The notes beneath the pieces are model-generated. The model had not been told where the DNA came from. It worked only from the letters and a program-made list of their open reading frames with translations, and ran no database searches. The position numbers and the translations under genes are program-made. Below are positions 1 through 13,600 of a stretch of 64,000 bases of DNA, in pieces; positions within the stretch are counted from its first letter, which is position 1, and every line of letters begins with the position of its first letter. Source of the stretch: Eledone cirrhosa (Eukaryota); assembly GCA_964016885.1 (NCBI GenBank), contig CAXHJY010001352.1, positions 677-64,676 on the forward strand, read 5' to 3'.

Positions 1-80
1 CCTCCCTTAACCTGTCTACCTCCTCCTCTAACCTGTCTTCCTCCTCCTCTAACCTGTCTTCCTCCTCCCTTAACCTGTCA
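1..80 (-). repeat. 21-bp tandem repeat encoding a 7-aa heptad (EEEDRLR/E)
   Basis: cctcctc(c/ct)taacctgtct(t/a) repeated about 4 times; in frame with the coiled-coil tail of the large gene. Confidence 0.7.
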
Positions 81-3000
81 TGGACCTCCTTCATCTTCTC
101 ATTGTCCCTCCTCAACTCCTCCTCCACCCTCTCCCTCTCCCCCACCACCCACTCCAACTCCGCTACCACCCACCCCAACTCCCCCTCCACCCTCTCCAAC
201 TCCGCCACCTTCTCATCTCTAACAGACACTTCAACACTGTATTTCACTGTTCCACTGTAGATACAAACTATATCTAGATAAGGAGAGTCCCCAGGGTCAT
301 ATTTAAACACATCACCACCACCACCACCACCATATACCTCACTGTTATATATAAACATACGTCTATCACCATCAAAAGCACACACAAGTGGTAGCCATTC
401 TTTTTATAGATACAGTTGTAATATTTCTCAAGATTCACCTTTTAATGTGAGAAATATCTTCTCTGTAAATCACCATTTTATGATAGTAAAGGAGAATAAA
501 ACAATTATCTGACCATCTGCAAATGTCTATTGGTGTTTCTGGTAATATTTTGCCATGGATTATTTTACCTTCTGTTGTTGTTACTGTGATAATATTCCTC
601 AACATGAACACTGCCACATTGTCATGTAACATAATTAGTTTACTGTAGTTGATGATGTCCCTCACATATTCCACAAAATATTCCCTCTCATCAACCTGAC
701 ATCTCTCAGTATATTTAGATATGTCAGAATACATGGGATAGGAAAGATAAGACATGTTCATAACATGTGGTAAAAATCTCACTGATATTTCATCATTTCC
801 TGAGATACACTCTGCCTTGTAATTACCACGTCTCACCTCTAGTAAATTGTTAATTATTTCACCTGAAGTAGTAGTAGTACATCTTGCTTGAGGCAGATGA
901 CAATCCAGACGTAATGTCCCATGTTCCAGAACATTCAGTTTGTTGTCATCAATCTTTATCATATGATATTCTGTCAAGTTGATATGTCGACAGAAGTAAA
1001 TATTTTCTTCTATCCTCGATATACGACCATAAGGTAGAGAACTGGACCAAACATGATATTCTGTCAAATCTTCCTTCTCTAGTTGAATTAATTGATATTC
1101 ATCAGGAAGTGTAACCATAATAAAATCTCCTTCTTCTGTAAAACACACCCCCACCAACTAAAGTTTCAATATTTCTGTGACATAACAGTTCCCCATCTCT
1201 CTGAAATATTTTAACATTACCATAATTGGTTATTTCATAGACAACTGTTTGTCCATCATCAGTGATGTCCATATCTTTTATTTCAACAGAGCTTTGGTCT
1301 GTTTTTACACGACAAACAGGGAATGTTTCCCTATTAAGTTCATATAAACCTTCAACATATAAACACCTTCTCTCCCAGTCATATCCAACAAACCTTGGAC
1401 CTTTACAGTTAATACTGGTGAAATGTATGTCATGTCTATAATGTCTTTTATTTAAAAATATTTCCCTGTATTTACCAGTCTGTGACAAACAAACAATCTG
1501 GTAATCTCTGTCAGCCAAGTTATATAATCTCCAGTGTCCATAAATGTACAAATAATTGTCATCTGTTGTTATACAGGTGTTTGGTGGTATGTCATAATAA
1601 TATTGTCTGTGTGAATGTAAATAACCAGTTTTATATCTGAAGAAAGTGATATATCTACCATTGTGAAATATAATCTCATTCTTAACATTAACTACAATAT
1701 CAGAGGTGGGAGGACCATCTATATATTCTATGTCATTGATGAACTCAGGTATGTTTATTTCTTTCTTTACATCCACAGTTGAATGTATTTCATCAATATC
1801 AATGACAAACAATCTATGTCTACCTCTATATCTACCTATACCTCTATATCTATCTCTCTCTACACTACTACACACTAGTTGGTTGTCTAACAAAGAAGCT
1901 ATACCATAATAGCTATGGTCTGTCTTATAACTTACCAAATACAATGGAAACTCCACTTCTAAAGTTAACAGCTTGTCAGTATCAGTGGTAATGACCAGTG
2001 TGTTTGACCCCCAACGACATATATGTTTAGGGAGATTGTTATTTAATTTGATAAAGTCAACAATTTGACCATCAAATGTTAATATTTTAATGTTGTTGTT
2101 ATTGTAGTCATATAATGCAATCAGGTTATTTTCAGTAACAACAACCAAACACTTCTCCTCCCCACCATAACCACGACCACCCACTGGTCTTGTGTCTACC
2201 AAACAAGGAGGAGGTAACAATTCCTTAGCTTTATCAGAAACTGTCAGATCCTGCAGATATAATGTAGAAGAAAACATTTCACTGACACAGATGTTTCTAG
2301 AAAATACATCTACCATGTCAATAAACATGTTAGACTGTTTCCTTGTCACCAGATCTACCACCACAGAGTTATGCCTATTTATAGCCAACACACCATCTTT
2401 GTCTATCAGATAATGACAAGTGTTATCAATACATCCACCATATAGATCAGAAAGTGGTTTAAAGTTGGGCTCCGAAATAGGGCTGGGACCACTTAAAATA
2501 CCTCGTTGACCCTTTTTTGATATAGTTTCGTACATAAACATTTTTTTCTTAGCCACCATAAATATATTTAATGTATCATTGTCTATTGCTAATGAGTTTA
2601 TTTGACATGGAATAGGGACCCTAGACATTACTTCACCCTGGTTATGTTTTTGAACAGATACAATGTCTATATAGTTTGGTTTGTTGTCACAATAACCAAC
2701 AATTCTACCCTCACCAAACTTCCGTATCTGTACATAAGGGTGCTTTAATGATATCATTCTAACTGTTTTTGATAGGTTTCCAATAAGCCTTAATTCTTTC
2801 TCTAGGGGTAATGTGACAGCCAATTGACTAGAACCCCATCTACATATATCTGTAGCTACAGATGGCAGATATAATGTAGATAGCACTTTTATTTCTTCTC
2901 CTTCTTTCTTAGAAATGTATAATAAGCAAGAATTATTTATGTCAGACACCACCAACTGTCCGTTGGGTAGATAACATGTTTCAGCAATCGCAATTTTATT

Positions 3001-4800
3001 ATCATCCTTTTCTTTGTGTCGTATCGTTGGATTTCTGATATAAGGATTTAACTTTTTTAAATGACAAATGGATGATTCACAGTTGTAAACAAGAATACTC
3101 CCTAGGTTATGGTCAAATAGATATATAGTTCCTTCACAAATACCATTAGAGAAGCGAGAAGCTACCGGAAGTTTTAATTTCCATTTATATTCTCCATAAA
3201 TATCATAACATGCCATAATAGAGAGTGTAGGGAAGATAACATACAAGTAAAAAGTGTCTGAGTAGATATGATTGGGACGGCTGTTAAAATCAAAATATGT
3301 TTCGAAAAGTTCTTCTTCACCTAAACTAGAATGAAATATTAATTTACGATATTTCTTATCTAAAATAACAAAATAAGTTGGAGTTGTAGCTATACTGACA
3401 TCACCATGTTCTAATGATTTTATTTTTTCACATTTTACCTTGTCTTCCTCAATCTTTAATTTATGGACCTCATTCATTCCACAAGTGGTCAAAGCCATAA
3501 ACCTATCTAATACTACATGACATATTTGAATGTAATTCTTATCTAAACAATAGAGATTACCTTCTTTTAGTTCAGGACATGTAATATGTTGTATATGTTG
3601 TGTAGTTCTAGTTTTATTGAATAGAACCAGAAATTTGCTGGAGTCTATTCTGCAAAATCTAGATGGTTTGGACTTAAATATTAATTCCTTACCTCTACAC
3701 AATTCTGTCCCACTGTAAGTGTATAGTATAGCTTTCAGATCCCTGTATACAACTAATACAGAAGATCGTGACATAGGTAGAATCTCATATATCTCGTTAG
3801 GGTACTCTATATTAATTTTGTCATTCAAACAGGGTGTTTGGGTCTTTTGATAATAAGACATCTTTGGCCAAAACTTTTTTGTCTTAAAACGATATATCTG
3901 ACCAGAAACATCAGATACAAACATATTATTTAAGTCAAATGTAATATATTGAGTGCTTATCCCAATATCCTTTTGAGAGATGCCACCTATTGAGGAGATC
4001 TTATAAATAAGCTGCCCTTGAAATACATAAAAATAATTCCTGAAAACGGTGATGTCAGCAGGAATGTCCTTAGAATGGAGGTGAAATTGAAATAATTTAC
4101 GACCATTCAGATCATAACAGATTATAACGGTTAAATTATAAAATATTACTAAAACATGATCGTCTGGCCCTATGGCTATACTTCTCGGCTCATGTTTCAC
4201 CTCAAATTGCTCAGTATATGTTTTTTCAATCCAATTTACCATATATATTTTTTTTTCTAATAATTTAAAACCTAGGAATCTACTATCTTTATAATATGAA
4301 ATTTTATGAAAGCCGACTTCAAGAGTTTTTATTGCAACACTAGAGGGTGAGAAGAACAGAATTTGATTGTCAAATGGTAATGTGGCAATTACCACATTTT
4401 GGTTAAACCTATCAATATCAGTGACCAGTGATTTACAGTGTACCATACGACAACAGCCAGTTGGTGGTGTGTACTTTAGTGTTAATACACGTGGGATATA
4501 GCTCATAGTACCATCCTTTAAGGGTACAATATATTTTAATGGAAGAGAGTAATATTCTACAGGGTCTTCTACAGTAACTTTTACAGTGTCTACTACTGGA
4601 GGAACAGGTGTATATAATATTTGGTATGGTACTGTGATATCTTTCTCAAAGGGGATTTCAGTTAACACTTTTACCTTAGATTTATTTTCCCTAATAGTCT
4701 GTTGTAGTGGAATCACCAAATCCTCCCTGTCATATACTACTTGGGGTAACTGTCTACTTATAATTTGGTCTTCTACACTAACTATTTCTGCAGCCTCCAT
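1..4800 (-). CDS. Large intronless gene (frameshift-interrupted; possibly a pseudogene): ~6 tandem NHL-like beta-propeller modules followed by an acidic/basic coiled coil; runs off the left edge
   Basis: The 1232-aa ORF (4800-1102, ATG in aacaATGG context, in-frame stops upstream) continues into the 240-aa ORF (1157-435) after a shift at a G run near 1150. Further 1-nt shifts near 440, 385 and 140 give KVNLEKYYNCIYKKNGYH / LVCAFDGDRRMFIY...VRDEKVAELERVEGEL / ERVEEELRRDNEKMKEVHDRLREEEDRLEEEEDRLEEEVDRLRE. A recurrent blade motif appears every ~210-290 aa: VTDIDRFNQNVVIATLP, PSRFCRIDSSKFLVLF, ATDICRWGSSQLAVTLP, PKHICRWGSNTLVITT, VGGVCFTEEGDFIMVTLP, PIDICRWSDNCFILL. Confidence 0.7.
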
Positions 4801-5319
4801 TGTTTGTCTCTACTTCTACAACTGGTTATATATATGTATATATATGTGTGTGTGTATATGTGTTATGTGTATGAATGTAATTCCAAACACCTTCACAATT
4901 TCAAAATTTTCAGATAAATTTACCAAATCTAAAATGAAATATAGGAAAAAGAAATATTGATTAGTTTTGTGAAAATATTAGTTTTTCAAATAAATGGATT
5001 AATAAGAAAACATCATTTTCTCTAAATATATTAAATCCAGCTGTTTATTTGGCAAATATGATCAACAATGAGAATAATCACTAAAAATAAATGTTAACAA
5101 AGAAAAATATGATATTACATGTATTGTATGAAGAAAGTCCTAGTGAGAAAATGTAGTTACACAGAATATAAGTATTGCCAATGAATATATATAAGAAGTA
5201 TTGCCAACTTGGAGCACCCCCTGGTGCTCAAGTGGTCACACATGCCATTCAAACAAAGAAGGTGGCTTGGAAATAAGTCCTTCTTGCACTTGCAGGACAA
5301 GCAGTCATGAAAAGTCACA

Positions 5320-6160
5320 GCAGAGACGACAGTCAGGTGTCTAAAATTAAGACATGGGAAATATTTGGGGTTAAGCTGGAATCCAACTTCAGATCAACAA
5401 ATATTTATGGGCTCATGCACAGCCAAGTTGGAAGAGGTATCAAGACTGGTGAGTGTAAGATCAGTCGGCTGATTTTGCAGACGTCATCGTACTACTTAAC
5501 TCAAGAGAAGGTGATCTCTGACATGCATTTGACAGATTTGATGCCAAGTGCTGCACGGCAGGAATGAAAATCAGTGATGCAAAGACTGAGACACTCATCC
5601 TCTCAAGGAAGCCTGTTTAGTGCACTCCACAAGTGAATGGAGTTACACCGAATGCTTCAGCATTCGGTCATTAGAAGAAAGGAGGTATGTGTGAAAGCTG
5701 AACTCGATATCTTCAATTTGTTTAGGTGCCAACCCTTAACTATCGTCATGAATCTTGTTTAATGATCGAAAGAATATGATTGCATATACTATTGGCTGAA
5801 ATGGGGTTCCTTTGAAGGGTCTTTGGAGCAATGTTACTCAATAGAATGAGTAACTCGGAGATCAGAGAGTCACTCCAGGTAGAGCCGCTACTTCTCCGAA
5901 TTGAGAGATCTCAACTCTGATACTACAGACATGAGGTTAGAATGTCTCAGGAAAGAATTGTTGAAAAGATTTTATGAGCAAAGCCAACCATCAGGCGTAC
6001 CTGGGGTAGACCCTGAGCAAGATGGTTGGATAACATCCATGAGCTTGGCTGGTTTCACTTGGGCATTCAGCTGGATCAGTTGGAGACAGTTGCTTCTGAC
6101 AGGACCCATTGGAAGGAGTACTTGAGAAATATTCCCCCACTGCCCTCCTCCCAGGAATAT
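5320..6160 (+). mobile_element. Degenerate non-LTR retrotransposon (RTE-like) RT/C-terminal fragment
   Basis: Fragmented RT remnants; similar in sequence to the reverse complement of 6490-7555 (e.g. ggcaggaatgaaaatcagt, gactgagacact). Confidence 0.55.
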
Positions 6161-6489
6161 ATCAGCAAAGAAGAATATATATATTATAAACCCCATTTGT
6201 AAGCCAAGGCAGCTAATCAACACAAGTTTAGGTGCTGTGGCTTTGAAATTCTCATGAGTATAAAATATATTTATGAAGTTTTAGTATTTTAATCTTTAAA
6301 ATGTTTTAAGTGTCTTTTAGAATATAGTTTTTGTTACACAACTCCATTACGTAATGCTTTTTTACCATTTCATCTGTTTTCTTCTTTGCCAACTTATTCC
6401 TGATAGGGTCAGGGTGTAGAGTCCTCAAACTCTCCTTCCAGTGGGTCCTGTCAGAAGCAACCATCTCCAACTGATCCAGCTGCATGCCC

Positions 6490-7555
6490 AAGCACGTCTT
6501 GTTCGGGATCTACCCCTGGGTCTTTTGCTGGTTGTTTTACCCGTAACATCTGTCCAGCGATTCTTTCCTGAGACATTCTAACCTCATGCCCAGAGTATTG
6601 GCGCTGTCATCTCTCAATTCAGAGAAGTAGTTGCTCTACCTGCAATGACTGATCTCTAAGCTATGCACTTTATCGAGTAACGTTATTCAAAAGACCCTTC
6701 GGAAGTATCCCATTCTAGCCCCATGCCTATAGTATCGGAGCTGTGATCTCTCAATTCAGAGAAGTAGCAGCTCTACTCGGAGTGACTTTCTGATCTCTGA
6801 GCTACACACTCTATCGAGTAACAATACTACAAAGACCCTTCGCAGGAACCTCATTCACGATTATATTTTTTGGGTCATTATCCAAGATTCATGACCCTAG
6901 GTAAGGGTTGGCATGAATGTCGAATTGAAACAGTGAGTTTGGCTTTTACTCCTTCCTACCTTCTGATTAATGAAGCTGGCATATTACTGTACCAGTCTTT
7001 GTAATTCTTACACTTAATTTAGCCTCTTGCCAACCATCACTTGTGAACATGGCCCCAAGATACTTGAACTTCTCTACCTGCTTCAGTGGAACTCCATTCA
7101 CATGTGGAGTACACTGCACTGGCTTCCATGAGAGGACAAGTGTCTCAGTTTTCACAGTACTGATTTTCATTCCAGCCATGCAGCACTCGGCAACAAACCT
7201 ATCAAGTGCAAGTCAAATATCTTCTGTCGAGTTAAATAACACCATGTCATCATCAAATTCCAGCCAAGTGATTTTACAGCCGCCAGACATGATACCACTT
7301 CCAACCCAGCTGCGTATATCAATCCTGTTCATGTAAATAACAAACAGGAGAGTTGACAGTATACACCCTTGGTGGAGTCCAACTCCCATATTGAATGGTT
7401 TCTATTTAACACCATTTATCCCAACATAGATACCCAGGCATTGATATAGAGACATCAGGGCAGCAAGAAGTTGACTATCAATCACATACTCCTGTACAGC
7501 CTACCACAGCAGGTGGCCAAGGAACGTAGTCATATGCCTTCTCAAGGTCAACAAA
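6490..7555 (-). mobile_element. Degenerate non-LTR retrotransposon (RTE-like) RT fragment
   Basis: ORF remnant AGMKISTVKTETLVL...VEKFKYLG (RT domains 6/7); FVDLEKAYD-like and GVGLHQGCILS-like segments on the minus strand; many stops. Confidence 0.7.
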
Positions 7556-7915
7556 ATATATGAGTATATACAGTATATATAATATTGTATGGACCTAATA
7601 AAATAGTACATTTAACTTACGTATTTTATAATCACTTTCGTCGATTTCATTGGTTTTGTATTAGAAACTGGTAATTGGGAATCTGAAATAATGGAATATT
7701 ATTGATAAAAACATTTTTATTTTTACATAAATGTAAGTAAAGTCTCAAAAATAAGTTTTAAATAATAAAAAAAGAAATTATGAATATAAAACTGATATTA
7801 TCATCATCACCATCACCATCATACATGTGTATTTCTGTGCTGGATAGGTTGGATGGATTGTTACAGACCAACCCAATATTTAATAAAAGCTACTGTCTTC
7901 TTACAGACCGAATCA

Positions 7916-7949
<34 letters not shown>

Positions 7950-7977
7950 ATGTTATTATTTACTATCTCACACTTTT

Positions 7978-8110
7978 TAATAATTGTTTCTACTTTAGGA
8001 ACAAGGCCAGCAATTACCCCAGTGCATTACTGGTACTTTATTTTATCGACCACGTAAGGATGAAAGGCAAAGCTAGCCCCGATGGGATTTGAACTCAGAC
8101 CATAAAGGAA
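7978..8110 (-). mobile_element. tRNA-derived SINE family A (partial)
   Basis: Reverse complement of the element at 39530-39710; B-box gagttcaaatcc; 3' end ggccttgt..ctaaagtagaaacaattat. Confidence 0.7.
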
Positions 8111-9050
8111 CAGTCAGCAAGGTTAAAATTAACAATAAATATTAACTGAAGAATTTAGCATAAAAGTAAGTGTTCATCAAAGCTCCGTCCATAGCCCCCT
8201 CCTGTTTGTTATTCCCCTTCAAGCTATAACAGAGGGGTTTAAGACTGGCTGCCCATGGGAACTTCTATATGCAAATTATCTAACTCTCATAGCTGAATCT
8301 ATGGCTGAACTAGAGAACAAATTCCAAACATGGAAGCATGGCCTAGAATCAAAAGACCTTAAAGATAACTTATCTAAGACTAAAGTTCTGGTACGTAGAA
8401 AGGAAAATAGGGCACAGGTGCCCACAGGGAAATGACCATGCTCAGTGTGTAGGAAAGGAGTAGGTAGAAATTCCATTCTGTGCCCCAAATGCAAACTATG
8501 GGTACATAAAGATATAGTGGGATCACAGGCAACCTATCTAAGAATGTAGATGGTTCTATAGAGACATGGGCATTGTGTGCAGAGGACCTGCACAGATTGG
8601 AAAGGAACGAAGCATGCATGCTCCGTTGGAAGTGTAATAGTAATATACATGTACAGTAAAACATAAACTAACTAAGTGAGAAATTAGGATTAGAGGAATC
8701 AGATGCTGTTTACTTGAGAGAAGACTACGTTGGTATGGTGATGTGATGCACATCAAAGATGACAGCTGTATAACAAAGTGCAGGGCGATCAAAATTGATA
8801 GAAGTTACGGAGTAGGTAACCCCAGAAAAACCTGGGACGACATGATCTGACCTTGCATATTTAGACCTCTCTAAGACAATGTCACTGGATCGAGATTTTG
8901 GCACCACACAGTAATACAGAAGACCCACCTTCCCGATGTCCTATATGAGCAAGACACGGTCACCTGATCAATCTTGCCTTATGTGGGACAATTACCATCT
9001 AACCCATGCTAGCATGGAAGATCTACGTTAAATGTTGGTGATGATGATGA
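8110..9050 (+). mobile_element. Internally deleted, degenerate RTE LINE 3' part with (GAT)n tail
   Basis: Matches pieces of the 29235-30857 RTE ([35 protein letters not shown]); ends aacccatgctagcatggaag...gatgatgat. Confidence 0.8.
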
Positions 9051-9432
9051 TATATGTGTGTATAGGATATATATATATATATATGTATGTAGAAAATATA
9101 TGTGTGTCTATATATATGTATAGGATATATATAGTGTGTATATAAAATGTATGTATGGTATATGTGTAAAAAAATATATATATGGTGTGTGTATACGATA
9201 TATATATATATATGTATGTAGAAAATAGATATGTGTATATGTGGTGTGTATATGTATGTATGTGTATGAAATTTATGTATATGTATGTATAGGAGTTTAT
9301 ATATATATATATGTATGCATATAAAATATATGTATGTGTGTATGTGATATATATATATATATATGTGTATGTACAAGATATGTATAATATATATGTATGT
9401 TTAGTGTGTATGTGTGTATATATATATACACC
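9050..9432. repeat. Compound (TA)n/(TG)n microsatellite
   Basis: Low-complexity dinucleotide tract. Confidence 0.9.
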
Positions 9433-9601
9433 CAAGTTAACCAGGAATCTATAAAATTCTTCCCACCGAAGTTAACAAAGAACCAACTCATATTATTATA
9501 ATATTATAAAATTAAATCAAATATTTTTTAACACTACATGTGAAGTCATTCTTTTCCTTTTCTTCAAATAAACCTAACAGTACCAAGGATCTCACACATG
9601 T

Positions 9602-9638
<37 letters not shown>

Positions 9639-9641
<3 letters not shown>

Positions 9642-9970
9642 TCCACGCTGTAATGTGGTCGTGTAGGTAAGACGGTAAAAAGTTCCCAGTTCCACACTGT
9701 AAATGTGGTTAGTCTTAGGAAGGGCATCCAGCCGTAGAAAACCTGCCAGATAGTCCTATATGAGCGACACATGGTCACCCGACCAACCTTCCCTCAAGTG
9801 GGACAACTCCTGTCTAACCCATGCTAGCGTGGAAAATGGACGTTAAACGAAGATGATGAGGTTGGTGTTAGGAAGGGCATCCAGCTGTAGAAATCAAGCC
9901 AAAATCAGTTACTATCCCACCCTTGCAAGCAGGGAAAAAGCGGACGTAAAATGAAATGATGATGATGATG
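9639..9970 (+). mobile_element. Two stacked RTE/SINE 3' ends with (GAT)n tails
   Basis: Two copies of ttaggaagggcatccagc(c/t)gtagaaa, each followed by cggacgt(t)aaa...gatgat. Confidence 0.75.
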
Positions 9971-10659
9971 AAATGACAAAGGTGAGTCAAAATATAATGC
10001 AATTTTTGTCATAGAAAACATCATACTTCGGGACTGGGCATATCAAAAGTTCGAAATAACAGAGGTAAACTTGTTTCCATCATTATCTTTTCCTGCTTAT
10101 TTCAAGATTCACTTCTTTTAATATTTTCAAATATCAATACTTCCGGCTAAGATATAATGGACGCTATATCACATTGCTTATATTTCCATCACTAAATTTC
10201 ACCATGATGCAGTTTATATATAATATCATCTTTTTTAAATGTATCATGGATTACTTTACTGATTACAGAAGAAAGTGTAACACACTCTCTTCAATTTCTG
10301 TGGATAATGTCAATTACAATTTTATTTGAGATATCATATCTACATGTATGTATATTTGTGTATAATATCAATATACACACTACACATGCCAGCAGAAAAC
10401 CAACACAACAGCAACAACAACAAAAAACAAGACAAAGATTACCAGGTAACTTACTTTTTAGTCTATTTTACATTGTTTAGTCTTATATTACTTTCCACAT
10501 TTTACGTATATGTGTGTGTATATATATATATATATGTATTGAGTGCCTTATATGCTGTGGTTATCCCGATTTCACTTGGGATCTCACACACACACACATA
10601 TATATATGTATGTTTGTCTCATCTCACACACACACACATATATATATGTTTATCCCAGG

Positions 10660-13600
10660 TTCAATCTGGGGTAACCACAGTAAGTACGGTACTCAATACA
10701 TAGCAGAGTATGAATATTTAATATAGAAATGGCTTCTAATCAGGAAGCTTCCTGATGATTTCTCCCGAATGAATCAAGTCTAGTCCTGTAGAAGCCATGT
10801 CTATATTAAATATATTGAGGGTAGACGGCCCTCGTGTTACCTCTGCGGAACCAGAGGTCACCTGAGGGCTGTCTGTCCCCAACTTAATAAGAAAACCCCA
10901 ATCCTGCCTACACCACCAACAACTGCACAACCAACACAATCACCACAACTACCACTACAAAAACAACCACCACAGCTCAAACCAAAACAAAACAATGTCC
11001 AACCCATCCCCTCCACTCAAAAAACAAAAACAATTTCCAAAACACCCGTACCGCAAACACAACCCGAAAATATACCCCTCCCCTCCAACGCGGAAGATGA
11101 CCCTAGTTCGTCGTCAGACGAGGAGGAGCACTTCCACACAATCAAAAGAAAAAAAAGAAAACACACCTCAGACACACAATGAAAAAAACCCCTCCCCAAA
11201 ACATAACACTGACACCAACACAAAAGAGCTCACAACAACAGCAAACAAAAAACACCACACAAAAACAAAAACATGCATACACATACATAAACACAAGAAA
11301 CAAAAAACTGTTAAACATTGTGTACAACAACAATCTAATAAAAACACAAGGGCCTAACTTCACCCAGGCAGGGGATTTCCCCCACCTCAAAATGATTAAG
11401 GCCCCACAGGACACCTATAAAACTTTAAAAAACAATTTTAAAGAGGACGTGGGTCCCCCCTGCGTCGGGCCCATTAACCGCGTCCTCCTAAAAAACTATC
11501 CCACCCCCTCCCCAAACACCCACACAACTCCAAGCTCCCCAACCACACAACACACTGATGCCCCCACACTTCCACAAACCACCCCCCCACCCAACAACCC
11601 ACCCCCCACCCTAATGGAAATTGTGCAGCCCGATACCCGGGACGCAGAGAGGTAAGTGCCTTTTCTCTTCACCACCAACATGGCTATGCTAAGAGTAGGC
11701 TGTTTAAATGCGCGTGGCCTGGGCTCAACTTGGAAGCAAGCAATGCTTCTAAATGACCTCAGGTCACAACGTATAGATGTGATGGTTATTTGCGAGGCCC
11801 GGATCAGCAACGTGCGACAGCTGGCCCCCACCTTTGATGACTTTGAGATGCACGCATCTCTCTGTCAGCCCGGAGGTGGGGGTGGAGTTGTCGTTCTGCT
11901 GCAAAAACATCTGGGTCTCGCAACACAGATGGTACATTTGGACCCGGAGGGTCGACTAGTGGTTCTGGACCTTGGCAGTGGTAAAGGCGGAGCGTTTAGG
12001 TTGGTAGCCGCCTACGGCCCTTTCGGGTCAATGCGGCCGGACTTCTTCCATCGTCTGGAGACTTTTCTAGGGACGTCCCGCTCCTTGCTATTAGTGGGGG
12101 ACTGGAATGGTATCCTAGATGCACGCTGGGACTACGTAGGGGCCTGCCCCGATAGAGAGGGGTGTAATAGCCTCAAAGGGTTAATCGGTCGATTTGACCT
12201 GGCCGATAGATATCGACTAGATTTTCCGACTGCGCCAACCTGGACTTGGGCAAATCGTAGCGGATCATCTAGGTCGTACCTAGATAGGTTCTTAGTTAGA
12301 ATTAAGGATAAGGACTTTTTAAGTTGTCCAAAAATGCGCATGGTTGGCTATTCAGACCACAAATTAGTGACCTGCATGGTCAACCTTGACAGAACTCATA
12401 GACAGGGCCCCGGTTACTGGAAGCTCAACTTGTCCTTGCCGGCAAGTAGAGCCTACAGGAATCGGATTAGTACGTTAGTTAAGGAACGGTTGACTGGAGC
12501 GATCGTCAACAGCAGGTGGTGGGTATCTCTAAAGAGAGAGATTAGAGTAGTCTCGATAGAATTTAGTAAGGTTCTAGCTGCGGATAGGAATAGGAAGGAA
12601 AGGGAGCTAATAGATAGAGTAGAAGAGGCAATTAGAAGCAGCGACGTGGCCACAGTGCTAGCGTCGAGAACGGTTTTGAGCCAGTTTTTCGACGCGAAGC
12701 ACGAAGGCTGCGTTGTCCGAAGTAAAATACGTGCTCTAGGGAACGAGGGGACCAAAGCTGTTAGCTGGGCCCGCGTGACAGAGGCCAACAGTGGAACTAA
12801 ATCCACCATCCGGTCTTTGCGAGACCTGGATGGACGGGCGATTCTTGAGCCTGAGCAGATGTGTGAGGCCTTTCAAAGGCACTTTGCCCGACTGTTCGGG
12901 AGGGGCGGGGAGCCGGTTGGGAACGTGGACTTCGGTCCATACCTCGACGGCCTGCCGCGCCTCTCGGACAGGGAGGCGAAGTCCTGCGAGGAGCCGATTT
13001 CGGCCGCTGAGATAGAGGACGTGCTGAGCCAATGCGGCAAACGCAAATCCCCGGGTCTCGATGGTCTTCCTTACGAATTATATCTAGCTATGCCGGACTT
13101 GTTCCCCGATCTCCTCGAGGCGGTCTACTGCAACTGGCAACAGAACGGGAGAATTCCCTGTACTGTGACCAAGGGCGTAGTCACGCTAGTGAGGAAGGAC
13201 GAGAACAAGGGGGACGAAATAAGTAACTTCAGGCCCATAACTCTGCTAAATACAGAGTTACAGATTTTGGCCAAGGTGCTAGCAAAGAGGTTGGCGCTTG
13301 TCGTGGGCAACCTGGTGGGAGATGCGCAGACATGCGCTATCCCGTCCAGGTCCATCCATGACAACCTCCACCTCATGCGATACATCATAGAGAGGGTTGG
13401 GAATGAACCCGGCTTTGGTGGGGCTCTGATCAACTTGGATCAATCTAAGGCGTTCGATAGGGTCGACCATGGTTACCTGGATGCGGTGCTAGCGGCGGCA
13501 GGCTTCGGACCCATTTTCAGGGGCTGGATCACTGCTATGCACAGCAGCCGCATCTGCTCTAGGGTCAAGGTGAACGGCTACCTCTCGGAGCCGTTCAAAA

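Noticed and set aside
80-277. 65-aa Leu/Pro/His-rich plus-strand ORF
   Set aside because: Antisense shadow of the minus-strand coiled-coil coding sequence.
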